Program-made: the position numbers and the translations under genes
Notes under the pieces: model-generated
The model's input: the letters and a program-made list of their open reading frames with translations, nothing else
Databases searched by the model: none
What the model was told of the DNA's origin: nothing
Shown: positions 38,001-46,709 of the stretch, piece by piece
Numbering within the stretch: position 1 is the first letter of the stretch
Layout: each line of letters begins with the position of its first letter
Source: a virus
Strand: one strand, 5' to 3'
Length of the DNA: 64,000 nt
Virus record (IMG/VR): IMGVR_UViG_3300007513_000005

Positions 38001-38500
38001 GTTCCTAGACTCTTTTTTAATTTTGCTATTTTCTCGGCATTTGCTTCTCGGGACTTTTTATCTTTTTGGTTCTTGTTATTACGCAGGACTGTGATTAGTT
38101 CTGCAATTTCCTTATCAGCGTCGCCGCCAGCACCATATTTCTTTTCCCAGCCCTGGAGTTTCTTATAATCCTTTTTAGGACCTAATTTATACAAATTCAA
38201 ATCTTTGGACAATGGGTAGATTTTGCTATAATCTTCTACCGTCAACTCTTTGGCACTTGGGTAGTTGCCATCGTTGCGCGGTTTGATCACTTCATTGAGA
38301 TAATCATTGATTGGTTCATACTGCTTGGATTTAGGGCCATTCCTGTTGGAAGCTGCCATGTCGAGCATCTGCTTGGTGATACTTTGTTTAAAACTTTTGA
38401 TGTTGCTCTCGGCTTCTGCCTTAATACTGTCAACGATTTTCTGTTCAGCTGATGTGTATTTCATCCCTACCCCCTCACATAATCGTATATTAATTCCCAA
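35051..38500 (-). CDS. Large baseplate hub / late-control-D-like tail protein
   Basis: C-terminal YNVDITSFG...YPG...GLYNVINVEHKIDSSGFSTSF typical of the gpD/gp27 family; position after the LysM gene. Confidence 0.7.
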   Translation of the reverse strand: MGINIRLCEGVGMKYTSAEQKIVDSIKAEAESNIKSFKQSITKQMLDMAASNRNGPKSKQYEPINDYLNEVIKPRNDGNYPSAKELTVEDYSKIYPLSKDLNLYKLGPKKDYKKLQGWEKKYGAGGDADKEIAELITVLRNNKNQKDKKSREANAEKIAKLKKSLGTAATTGKLLSAYGTDSEVVAEIEQETATEDHALDNPIKPQFAEFTFDRIRQNYISLRKGTKDQHLLSMYGAHIMNTTAMTRTSAIAAKGRVFSIKSGLDTNRLTNIFSFKMEYVKNKDYEGFLVNPLVTLNNAQLAALTPRVEFFVYNREKKTKKPIPIQNRGLSTQKRTGITALNNFQSVLGLQDLTIRLAGDTPETAKRDIDSTITFYGSNLSVFSSKRGRELYLPLIQPEGLGSEDGSPKDLMLTVGWNMPSSETIKSLNYTPLQVKSLKRQLKTFVMSYYKHSFNFNEDGSFMLQCDYVSRTSEVFQDIDVMSDGDSHVHSYYDGLISQMAKETQPTLNRNIQRVVNEYINRVHPTASDDTKKKIRTFFKKIPKKEHNQVTTHISVHTDYFQQKKTKKINAVLNHLTDNSKMYRFAIEGKAYREKLFDTAFNRVMRPHFYKLNFADDQMLPPKMRTTGGSQKVVDFRRVCRFRMQVSKTLDEEFLKPEEKRVKVQRMLVTKDSEGNELPGLSIMEEQAAADSANYRLPGTDKSYIEISPTKKTTESDNPTKKIKSKVDLIAEGDGKTKKGRKAVLDEENKTHAKKVKVLQDKLERAKKGNDDGWFDDPLSVQVAKAQKELDDELARHAQVLATLDSEHAVLFFTMGDIISSFLKVSESVKVLEKDKVSVMLGNIRINRDFYNLYKIPIALETYQKIMKDFEQSTARRFTLQKLITSLLREVQRYYNQGDYVLDSGKHTSAYSMKVGQFRTTPEKIKKLRTAPSVDKLYAEGYGQGGGDETVYYYTMSQASTELNIQDALRLTKWEVGKDKSIIRKISFKQVENQSMKAKQDDNIEKGFRSENGLIMIPQLYNVDITSFGLIDFYPGLSFFVKPSLIGVADISDSPVFKEVGLTGLYNVINVEHKIDSSGFSTSFKCYNESTVDWAEAIEAIKPKSKEEKKRLLERQATAKKERNLARIMRKIERGDTLTDAETVAMIND

Positions 38501-38802
38501 TTGATCGGAATATAGATGGTGTCACCAATGTCAAGGTGTGCTTCGGTTGGCGCAAGATTGAAACTTGCTATGATCCACCACAATTCTGGATCGCCATAAT
38601 ACCTGTCTGCAAACTTAAAGTATTTATCGCCAATTTGCCATATGGCAAGTTCATAACTTACATTCTTTCTCAAATCGTCTGGTAGGGTTATGAACTTTGG
38701 TGTTGCGAACTGTGTTATTCTCTTTGTCCCCCTATTCTTTAACGTGTTGTGATACATCTTGTGACTATTAATAACCATGGTTCTGTTTGAATATCTACTC
38801 AT
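38467..38802 (-). CDS. LysM-type baseplate wedge protein (gp53/tail X-like)
   Basis: IGDKYFKFADRYYGDPELWWIIASFN...IGDTIYIP. Confidence 0.85.
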   Translation of the reverse strand: MSRYSNRTMVINSHKMYHNTLKNRGTKRITQFATPKFITLPDDLRKNVSYELAIWQIGDKYFKFADRYYGDPELWWIIASFNLAPTEAHLDIGDTIYIPINWELIYDYVRG

Positions 38803-39743
38803 TTCTTATCTGCCTTTGGCGCGTTGGCCTTATCTATTTTATCATTGACTGCAGATTTATTTACTTGTGTTTGTTTATTTTGTTTATTGTTTCGTTTCGA
38901 ATTCTTTGCGGAGGTCGACACGGAAACTTGATTGCCAGTGCCGCCTCTGGTCCTTTTCAGTGGTGAATTATTCACTGCTGCGGATCCTCGCTTGACATCA
39001 TGGAGAACGCCGCCTTGCGACTCATACCCATAGGGATATCCCGTTGCGTGGCCACCTAACCACTTCTTTGCACCACTCCACCCGAGAGAGTGTTCATGAA
39101 CAACAACAAAAGACATATTAACCTCAAACACTTTAGGGACAAAAGTATGACTCTTGTTTGTGGTTTGCCTTTCGTGTGCGTCGTTTGTCCTATTATAAGA
39201 CTTTACATCATTTGCGCTCATTGCTGGTGACATGTGATGAAACCCAGCTTCTAGATTGGGGGTGAAATCAACATTCTCCATCCATCCAGAAAGTCCACCC
39301 TTTAACACGCTTACTGCGTTTTGTTCTTGTCTTGCATCCTTGACAAAGTTTGCAAACTTCATTTTAAGTAACGGATAAGCGTTCATTACATTATGTCCGC
39401 CATTAGAACTGTAGGATGGATACAAAAACCCTATCAAATGCTCCAATTGGTGCATGTTGGCGTATCCCTCTTCGGGTGTAAAGGATGGAATACTCAACGA
39501 TAATGAGATTCTCCTTGTAGTGTTATTCCAAGATCCAATTGGATCAGCGCGGCCGAAGACATTCTGCGTGTTCCACTGACTTGTAAAGTTCTCATTAAAA
39601 CTGGTTAACCAAGCTGGAAACACACACGCCTTACCAGTTGCGATGTGCATAATTTCTATACTAAACCCAGCTTCTTCAAATCTCGACAATATCGGATCTG
39701 TGTGTTTTGCATCGACTGACCAGAATCCATCACCACCTGCCAT
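38799..39743 (-). CDS. Tail tube initiator / baseplate protein (gp48/gp54/gpU-like)
   Basis: SFNENFTSQWN...GRADPI..WNNTTRRISLS; position after the tape measure genes. Confidence 0.65.
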   Translation of the reverse strand: MAGGDGFWSVDAKHTDPILSRFEEAGFSIEIMHIATGKACVFPAWLTSFNENFTSQWNTQNVFGRADPIGSWNNTTRRISLSLSIPSFTPEEGYANMHQLEHLIGFLYPSYSSNGGHNVMNAYPLLKMKFANFVKDARQEQNAVSVLKGGLSGWMENVDFTPNLEAGFHHMSPAMSANDVKSYNRTNDAHERQTTNKSHTFVPKVFEVNMSFVVVHEHSLGWSGAKKWLGGHATGYPYGYESQGGVLHDVKRGSAAVNNSPLKRTRGGTGNQVSVSTSAKNSKRNNKQNKQTQVNKSAVNDKIDKANAPKADKK

Positions 39744-39744
39744 A

Positions 39745-41958
39745 TTATAACCTCTTTATTGCATTGAGTCCATCGACCACCATTTGACCTGCATCCCTCT
39801 CTTTCATAGATAGTTTCAAATCCGACTTTTTTGCTGCGATTTCGGCAACGATCTCTGTGATACCTTTTATCATCGTGGCCAAGGCGCCGTCTGCTTTAGC
39901 AGCATAAAACACATCATTCTTATCAAAAACGGGGGTCATATAATTGCGAGCAATGTTTGGAGTTGCCATAACTGGTCCCAGTGATTGGGCTGAATTTGAA
40001 TCCTCAGTTGGGGCAGCTTGGTTTGTCCCTCTCCTCGCAACCGAACTAGCACTGAACTGTAAATCCGTACGTGCTTCGTTCTTGCCTGCCTTTACGTTGG
40101 ATTTGCTTGAACCGCGAACCTTAGTGCCGCCAGGAAGTTTTAAGTTTGCATTGGCAACTGTTCCTTCCATCCTTTTTTGAATTTCATTCAAATTATCGGG
40201 ACCTTTTTTGGTGCTGCCTCCTTTTGTTGGCCACTTCTTTTCACGTTCGTCCTGTATTCTTTTTTCACGCTCTTCTCCACTGGTACCAGCGAAGCTTGCG
40301 CCTGCGCCCATGCCAATAACTGTGCCAATTTGAGCCGCCGAGCCGAGCCCGAAAGTGTTCATAGCCATACCCATCATTATGCTCGAAAACAGAGCAATGT
40401 TATCAGTGAAAAAACTTATCATGCCCACGACGACATTTGTTAACTCCATCAAACCCTTCTCCCCGCCAATGGCATTGACGAGCATTCTAATCGCCTGCTC
40501 CATTGCGGCGTCTATCTTTGTAGCGACTGACAACTGGTCTGCGATCTCTGATTGGGTTCCTTGCATATCTGTCGCCACTGCATCAAGACCCTCCCTGTCA
40601 CTCTCTAAAAGATCAGCTTCGGCGTCCATAAACTGCTTCAATTTTGCGACGTCACCGCCGAAACCCAATGTTGGTTCTTTTGCAAGTGCTCGCAATTCTC
40701 TTGCACTAAGTTCCTTGATCGATCTCCCTTCCTTAGCAAGGGAATCCATGATCACTTTTCTCTTTTCTGCTGGAGATTCAGCTGCTAGTAAGGCTTGAGC
40801 ACTGACAAGAGGAGCACCGAAAGCAATATTGATGCTTTGGGCGAACTTTGCGGCGCCTTCAAATGTATCCATATTTTCATTCATTTGCAACAACTGGTTA
40901 ACCTCTATTCCCAGTTTCGCTGCCATAAATGCTGTGTCTTTGAATATCCTGCGGCCCAGTTCTGCCTCGAACCTGGCCAGAATCGGTTGGGCGTTCTTAA
41001 AATCTTGTGCCATCTCTTGTGGAGGGCGCCCCAGTGCTCTGGCTACGCCTGCAAGGTTGAATAGAAGATCTTTTGCCTGTTCTGGTGTTTGTCCCAGTGC
41101 CTTAACTTGAGTTCCAATAATCTGCGCCTGAGTGTCCATAGACACCCCTAGTTTGCTCAATGTACCTATACCAGCTGTCAATGCAACCAGTTGAGAGTCC
41201 TCTCCTGTGGTCAATTCCGAGAACGATAAAAAATTCTCTTTAAGAGAAGATGCAGCTTCGGCAGCAACTCCTTCGAGATTTGTACCTATTTGACCCATTG
41301 CGGCAGCTGCTTCACCAACATTTAACTGCTCTCTAGTGATTTGGGACCTTTGGAAGAGTGCTGCGCGTGCTTTGTCCATCCGCAACATTGTTTCAAACAT
41401 TTTAGCGGTAATTGCAACTAGAACGTTTTGCCACTGCATTGTTTCCGCAATACCTTTGGTGAACCCTTCTAATAGACCTTTGCCTGATAAATTCTCCCAA
41501 CCTTTTGATAATCCAAAGGTAGCTTGCAACAACCTCTCGGCAGCTGCTTCACCTTTAGCTAATCCTTTATCGTAGTCTTCTTGAAGTTTGACTATTTTCT
41601 TGATTTCTTTATATCTCTTTCTGGCGGTTTCAAGTTCCTTTTCATCTACCTCATCCTGCGTGACCATAAACTCAATCTTTCTTTTTAGATCATATGCCTC
41701 TTGGCCCAAGAGTTCTAGTTTCTTCTTTTCAAGATCGATAACGCCTTCTATCTTATCTTTCTGTTCTGATAAGAGTCTATCTATGTCTTGGTATCTTTTT
41801 GAAAGTTCTTCTACACTTACTTTTCGGACATCAACTAATTGATCGCCCATCACTTCGGTAATTGCCTCAAGTAGTGTTTGGGCAAGTGCTGGATCTATTC
41901 TAGAGTTTGCAGCAGCTGCTTTGAGTTGCTCTATAAGTCTTTTACCCTGATCGCTCAT
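39745..41958 (-). CDS. Tape-measure-like protein, paralog B (737 aa)
   Basis: Long helical Ala/Leu-rich protein between chaperone and baseplate genes; shares motifs with paralog A. Confidence 0.75.
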   Translation of the reverse strand: MSDQGKRLIEQLKAAAANSRIDPALAQTLLEAITEVMGDQLVDVRKVSVEELSKRYQDIDRLLSEQKDKIEGVIDLEKKKLELLGQEAYDLKRKIEFMVTQDEVDEKELETARKRYKEIKKIVKLQEDYDKGLAKGEAAAERLLQATFGLSKGWENLSGKGLLEGFTKGIAETMQWQNVLVAITAKMFETMLRMDKARAALFQRSQITREQLNVGEAAAAMGQIGTNLEGVAAEAASSLKENFLSFSELTTGEDSQLVALTAGIGTLSKLGVSMDTQAQIIGTQVKALGQTPEQAKDLLFNLAGVARALGRPPQEMAQDFKNAQPILARFEAELGRRIFKDTAFMAAKLGIEVNQLLQMNENMDTFEGAAKFAQSINIAFGAPLVSAQALLAAESPAEKRKVIMDSLAKEGRSIKELSARELRALAKEPTLGFGGDVAKLKQFMDAEADLLESDREGLDAVATDMQGTQSEIADQLSVATKIDAAMEQAIRMLVNAIGGEKGLMELTNVVVGMISFFTDNIALFSSIMMGMAMNTFGLGSAAQIGTVIGMGAGASFAGTSGEEREKRIQDEREKKWPTKGGSTKKGPDNLNEIQKRMEGTVANANLKLPGGTKVRGSSKSNVKAGKNEARTDLQFSASSVARRGTNQAAPTEDSNSAQSLGPVMATPNIARNYMTPVFDKNDVFYAAKADGALATMIKGITEIVAEIAAKKSDLKLSMKERDAGQMVVDGLNAIKRL

Positions 41959-44582
41959 GCACTGCCCCCATTAATGGCATAGACCCTACTTCCAACCTCT
42001 AATGAGACTGAAGGGTCTATGTCTCTTAGTTTAATTAGACCTTTCCGTAAATTATCTAACTGCTCCAAAAGCACGCCGTCATGTTTTGAGTTCTCAAACT
42101 TTGCCTTCTTCATCGGAACTGGACTCATGGCAGTTAAGGTATCCTCGAACCCCATCAATTGTGATTGTGTCATCTCTTCAGCAACAAACTCCCCTTTTGC
42201 TCTTGCGATATCCTTCGGGGACATGCCAGACTTCTTCATGTGCTGTTCATCCAACTTCAATTTCATACTTCCGTCTTCAATCCCCATCTTTACAAACATC
42301 GGAACAAGGACGTTGTCGGCGAAGGCGTGCCCAATACTAGACGAAGCGAGCAATCGACCAATGTAACTTCCCAGGAGACCACCTGCCATATAAGCAAGAG
42401 GTGTCAAGGCGACACCGAGACCAGGAGCAACATTTGCTAGTTGCACAATCCAACCGCCTGCCATGCCACCCAACCATCCGCCGAGAGCACCTGCAACTGC
42501 CTCTAGTACCCCTCTGGCTTTACCTTTCACATCCAAAGTATCATCATTCAGAACCATTGCAGACTCACCTATTGCAAAAAGGGTTTCAACAATTGGGTAC
42601 TTAGCGAGGGCAGCGAGCATTTTGCTGTTTGCTAATGCTTCACCCAACTTTGATCCATATTTAGCAAGAAGTCCACCGCCCGATTTCGCTCCCGCTTCGA
42701 CTGCTTCGCCTGCAACAGTAGCTCCTATACTTGATGCTGCGCCTTTCGCGACATCATCAATACCACCTGCGGCCGATCCGGCTACCGAAGATGCGGCTTG
42801 AGTGGCTGCCTCGACGCACCCTGCTGCGCCTTTTGCTGTACCTGCTGCCCTTGCTGCGGCGAGCTGAGCCTTAAGTGTACCAATTTGTAACTTCATCCTT
42901 GGTATTCGCACGAAGTTATCGAATTTTGATTTCATGTATGCTGCGCTAACTGCCATCCCTGCCAAGGCAAGTGCTGGTATAGTTATCTTGGCATGCCTGG
43001 CCAAGAATCCGACCGTTTTGGCAATAGCTGGCATGTGCTTGTTGATCTGGTTGTTAAGTTTTTGGATCAGTTCTGCCATTGCAGCATCGATTCGCTTGCT
43101 TTGGTCTAGTGTTTTTTCTGTATCCTTCTTAATCTCTTCATCCGTTGCTGCTTCGTCTAGATTAGCTACCTTAGCATCAAAATCTGCGAATTGCCCTCTA
43201 ACTATCTTTTGAAAGTTTTCTGCACTCACCCCTGCAGACCCAAGATAACCCTGCATTGCGCGTTGAACGCGTTGATGTGGTACCCCGAACTGTGCTTCTG
43301 CTCTCTGATATGCTTCTGCAATCAATCTCACCTTGCCAGATGCATCTGCAGCAAGAAGGGCAACCCCATTAACAAAAGATCCGCCCAATAATGAATTTAG
43401 TTTGGCAGCTGTCTTCAGGGCGTTTTCTGATGTGTCCAAATCTTCAGTTAAAGACATCAAATCTTCGATCTTTACATTTGTTGCTCTCGCTGTTGCGGCA
43501 AGTCTAGCAAACATTTGCGGTGCACGTTTCCCGAATCGAGCATATGTTGGTAAAGTTTTAGCAAAGGACCCAAGAGACTCTTTCTGAGTCATCCCATAGT
43601 CTTTGCCCATCTTATAAAGGGCCCTTACTGTATGGTCCATCTCTTCGGCATCCATCCCGATACCCTTTGACATGGCTTGGTATGAACTCCCCATTGCCGT
43701 AACAGACACTCCAAGGGATTTTAACCTACCAGACATATTGGCCATTCTAACGATCTCTCCAGAGTCTCTAAAATCCTTAAAAACCTTCATCTCGCTTTGA
43801 AGATCCGCTAATATTTCACCAGCAGCTGCTGGAGACCCAGGACCATACACTGATGCCAACTCTTGGCCAATATCCATCATCTCTGTTGTGAGTCCCGACA
43901 ATCCAGTCTTCTGATACAGTTTTGCTCTTGCTTCATCTACTGCCTTAGCTTGTTCAAACATTTTCGTAAACACAGCAACCAGGATATTTGATGAGTTGAC
44001 GGTTTTCTTGAGTCCTTTCCCAAATCCCTTGATCGAACCAATAATGCCGTCTGGGCCTGAAAAGGAATTACTAACGCCGAGGACTGACTGGGTCATCTTT
44101 ACTGCTATGGATTCGCCTTTTGCTAGCGACTTCAACATGCTGTCATTTTCGTCTATTTCTTGCTTTAACAGTTTGTACTTTTCTTGTGCTCTTTTGGCAG
44201 CTTCTGTGTTCAACTCTCCAGCTATAGCATATTCTTCTATTTTGCTCTTTATTTTAGACATTTGAGATTGTGCGATCTGCTTCTTTACTTCGGAAGCCTC
44301 TTGAGTATCCCACTCCAGATATTTGCCCGCTTTTTCACTATATTCTTTATCTTTCTTGAATTTCTCTAAGAGATTTCTGAAGTATTCACCTGATGATGTA
44401 CCTCCAGTGGTGCCTCCAGATTTTCTTGATAGTATCTTTTCGTATTCGGATATTAAATCACTCAATAGAGCTTGATCAGAATCGGAAATCTCAGGAGAGG
44501 TTCCGTCGCCAGGGTTGTACTCACCCCCTTGTTCGAATTTCTTAAATAATTCTTTTAATTTTTGAGGGTTTATGAATGCCAT
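41955..44582 (-). CDS. Tape-measure-like protein, paralog A (875 aa)
   Basis: Helical, Gly/Ala-rich hydrophobic C-terminal region; follows the tail chaperone. Confidence 0.8.
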   Translation of the reverse strand: MAFINPQKLKELFKKFEQGGEYNPGDGTSPEISDSDQALLSDLISEYEKILSRKSGGTTGGTSSGEYFRNLLEKFKKDKEYSEKAGKYLEWDTQEASEVKKQIAQSQMSKIKSKIEEYAIAGELNTEAAKRAQEKYKLLKQEIDENDSMLKSLAKGESIAVKMTQSVLGVSNSFSGPDGIIGSIKGFGKGLKKTVNSSNILVAVFTKMFEQAKAVDEARAKLYQKTGLSGLTTEMMDIGQELASVYGPGSPAAAGEILADLQSEMKVFKDFRDSGEIVRMANMSGRLKSLGVSVTAMGSSYQAMSKGIGMDAEEMDHTVRALYKMGKDYGMTQKESLGSFAKTLPTYARFGKRAPQMFARLAATARATNVKIEDLMSLTEDLDTSENALKTAAKLNSLLGGSFVNGVALLAADASGKVRLIAEAYQRAEAQFGVPHQRVQRAMQGYLGSAGVSAENFQKIVRGQFADFDAKVANLDEAATDEEIKKDTEKTLDQSKRIDAAMAELIQKLNNQINKHMPAIAKTVGFLARHAKITIPALALAGMAVSAAYMKSKFDNFVRIPRMKLQIGTLKAQLAAARAAGTAKGAAGCVEAATQAASSVAGSAAGGIDDVAKGAASSIGATVAGEAVEAGAKSGGGLLAKYGSKLGEALANSKMLAALAKYPIVETLFAIGESAMVLNDDTLDVKGKARGVLEAVAGALGGWLGGMAGGWIVQLANVAPGLGVALTPLAYMAGGLLGSYIGRLLASSSIGHAFADNVLVPMFVKMGIEDGSMKLKLDEQHMKKSGMSPKDIARAKGEFVAEEMTQSQLMGFEDTLTAMSPVPMKKAKFENSKHDGVLLEQLDNLRKGLIKLRDIDPSVSLEVGSRVYAINGGSA

Positions 44583-44593
44583 TTAGAAGTCCC

Positions 44594-44914
44594 CTACTTA
44601 AAAGGCCAAACTAAACCCGTATCTCTTTCAAAAGATTTGATTGACCTATCTAACTTGAATTTGTCTTTAAACGTCTTTGGATTGTTTAAACCATATTGAG
44701 ACAAAGAAGAGAGGTACCTTTTTTCGCCTGCAAGCGTCCTGACAAAGGAATCCACCTGTGCTGGTGATCCTTTAACAGATACAGGAAAATATTCACCCGT
44801 AAATAGAGCGTCCAAGACCATTCTCAACCTTGCGCCCATAGCGACCAAAAAACTTTCGTCGATCTTTGTGAAGTCTATTACAATTGGTTCTTTCTTATTC
44901 ATAAACGTCTCCAT
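44594..44914 (-). CDS. Hypothetical late protein
   Basis: Late motif immediately upstream; the start may be 44902. Confidence 0.7.
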   Translation of the reverse strand: METFMNKKEPIVIDFTKIDESFLVAMGARLRMVLDALFTGEYFPVSVKGSPAQVDSFVRTLAGEKRYLSSLSQYGLNNPKTFKDKFKLDRSIKSFERDTGLVWPFK

Positions 44915-44917
44915 TAG

Positions 44918-44925
44918 TAATTAGT
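44918..44925 (-). promoter_or_regulatory. Putative late promoter motif ACTAATTA
   Basis: Intergenic, upstream of ORF 44914 and the tape measure genes. Confidence 0.6.
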
Positions 44926-44954
44926 TTGGCAAGTCAAAAGAGGATATTGTTTGT

Positions 44955-45141
44955 TTATTTCTTGATCTTTTCAGCTTCCTTGTTCCTTTCTTCAAAGTAC
45001 TTGGAGAGTCTTTCCACAAACCACCTTCTAATGGTTATAGGTAGGTCATAAACATCGAAATAGTTCCAATTACCGTGCTGAACTAGATAAAATATCTGTT
45101 CGTGCACATGTAACATATAATCAGAGGTCAGGCCAAAAAAA
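44955..45141 (-). CDS. Second (T-like) segment of the tail assembly chaperone, probably reached by frameshift
   Basis: FFGLTSDYMLHVHEQIFYLVQHGNW..YDLPITIRRWFV; +1 frame relative to the chaperone, entered at a T7 run. Confidence 0.6.
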
Positions 45142-45987
45142 CGTCGCCTCCAGGGGTACCTCCGTTTCGGCTTCGGCACCGCAATACATACACTCAAAAT
45201 CTTCCTTGAGTCTTACAGTTGGAACAAGGGAAGCATAGTTCTTTCTCAAGAACCTAGAATCTCTCGCTGGCATTTCACCTATCATCTCATTCAAATCAGC
45301 TGGGTTTGCGATTTCGTCAATAGATACAATGATCATCTTTAAGAAGTCCGTCGTATTGGTTTCTGCCAACTTGTTCTTCTTCTTTGATGACATTCTACTG
45401 GCCATCCTAGATTCATCCCTAGACGTCAACAACCTAACAACAACATTTTGCCCTGACATAGGGAGAGTTGTCTCGAAGTGCCCTTGATGATTTGTCTTAA
45501 AATTCTCTGACTGTTCAAACTTCTCAAAATACTTATGATATTCTGATAGGTCAACTGTGATGTCACAGTCTGTATTGCACTCTGGGCAGGTTATCTTTAC
45601 TTCATAATCAGGCCCATACCCTGTTACTCTTGCAGCGACCATAATTGCTGACTTATCACCGATAAGCAGATCTGCTACCTGAATGCTTTGATCGACCATA
45701 ATGTTCTGAATGAACTTATCAATTGCCACTCCCTTTCTTAAAAGAGCGGGAGATGTTAAGATATCTTCATCCCTGGCTGTCATGAATCTAATCTCAACTG
45801 TCTCTTGACCGTGGAGAGGGTGATTCTGTGGATAAAACAGACCCCTAGACGGCAGTTCGACGAATTCGGTGTTTGCCGTTCTTCTTACTGCTTGTACTGG
45901 GGGTTGTGGACTTTGTAACTCCTCTGGAGCTGTTTGTTTTTTGGCAGGAGGCGCTTTGCGCGCCATCCTGTTCGAATTTCTACTCAT
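45121..45987 (-). CDS. Tail assembly chaperone / baseplate hub assembly protein (gp26-like)
   Basis: VELPSRGLFY, MTARDEDIL, LLIGDK..I...R..GYG, CPEC and CMYC zinc pairs, ends FFWPDL. Confidence 0.85.
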   Translation of the reverse strand: MSRNSNRMARKAPPAKKQTAPEELQSPQPPVQAVRRTANTEFVELPSRGLFYPQNHPLHGQETVEIRFMTARDEDILTSPALLRKGVAIDKFIQNIMVDQSIQVADLLIGDKSAIMVAARVTGYGPDYEVKITCPECNTDCDITVDLSEYHKYFEKFEQSENFKTNHQGHFETTLPMSGQNVVVRLLTSRDESRMASRMSSKKKNKLAETNTTDFLKMIIVSIDEIANPADLNEMIGEMPARDSRFLRKNYASLVPTVRLKEDFECMYCGAEAETEVPLEATFFWPDL

Positions 45988-46039
45988 TTAAACCTCACTT
46001 TACTAAAACTATTATAAACCAAAATAAATATTTTTTTTA

Positions 46040-46666
46040 TTAAACTCCTGGTGCTAATCCAGTAAGTCCTGCCTGTGCGCCTTGCCCAGACTGTTGAACC
46101 TGACGAAGTGCGCCCTTATCTGAAACGCCCTTAGTATCAAGTCCTGCCCAATCAAATCTCATCGTAAGTTCAACGTTTACAAGATCGTCAGACTCATAAT
46201 CAAGATCACCAAAGTTAACACTCTTAATCCAAGGATTATATAGAGACCAGGTCTCGATCGGAGATCCATTCTCATCAATCGTGTGAATATACACTCTACC
46301 ACCCACTGCGCTTGTTGCCTGCTTCTTAGAGAAGGTAACAATATTGCTCGCCTTACCTCTACCCAGAGGGTCATTCAAGAAGTTGTGCGGTGCAACGTAA
46401 CCAGACAATTCAATCAAGTCCAACATGGTCTTTGATGCATCTGGATCAACTGGATCAACAAGAGTCATACTGATCTCTTCCCACTCCAATCTCCCAGGGT
46501 AATAAAACTTATAGTTAATAAAACTATGCTCAGACTCCGATACCGAAAAATTGGGTTTACCCGTTGTCTTCACGATCCACTGCGGGATACCATTAAACGA
46601 TAACAAAAATCTGTATTTTCTCTTTGGCTCAATTGAAGCATCTGACCAAAATTTCTGACTTGCCAT
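46040..46666 (-). CDS. Tail tube protein (gp19-like)
   Basis: EPKRKYRF, GKPNF, YPGRLEWEEISMT, FGDLDYESDD..LTMRFDWA; directly after the sheath. Confidence 0.88.
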   Translation of the reverse strand: MASQKFWSDASIEPKRKYRFLLSFNGIPQWIVKTTGKPNFSVSESEHSFINYKFYYPGRLEWEEISMTLVDPVDPDASKTMLDLIELSGYVAPHNFLNDPLGRGKASNIVTFSKKQATSAVGGRVYIHTIDENGSPIETWSLYNPWIKSVNFGDLDYESDDLVNVELTMRFDWAGLDTKGVSDKGALRQVQQSGQGAQAGLTGLAPGV

Positions 46667-46689
46667 TATAAAAATCCTCCTAACACTAT

Positions 46690-46697
46690 TAAATAGT
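46690..46697 (-). promoter_or_regulatory. Putative late promoter motif ACTATTTA
   Basis: In the 43-nt sheath-tube gap. Confidence 0.65.
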
Positions 46698-46709
46698 GTC
46701 TATTATTTT

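Noticed and set aside
35051-38500. Phage nucleus shell (chimallin) or RNA polymerase subunit among the large unknown ORFs
   Set aside because: The C-terminal motifs and position fit a baseplate hub; no DxDGD or other RNAP motifs; host-type promoters argue for use of host RNAP
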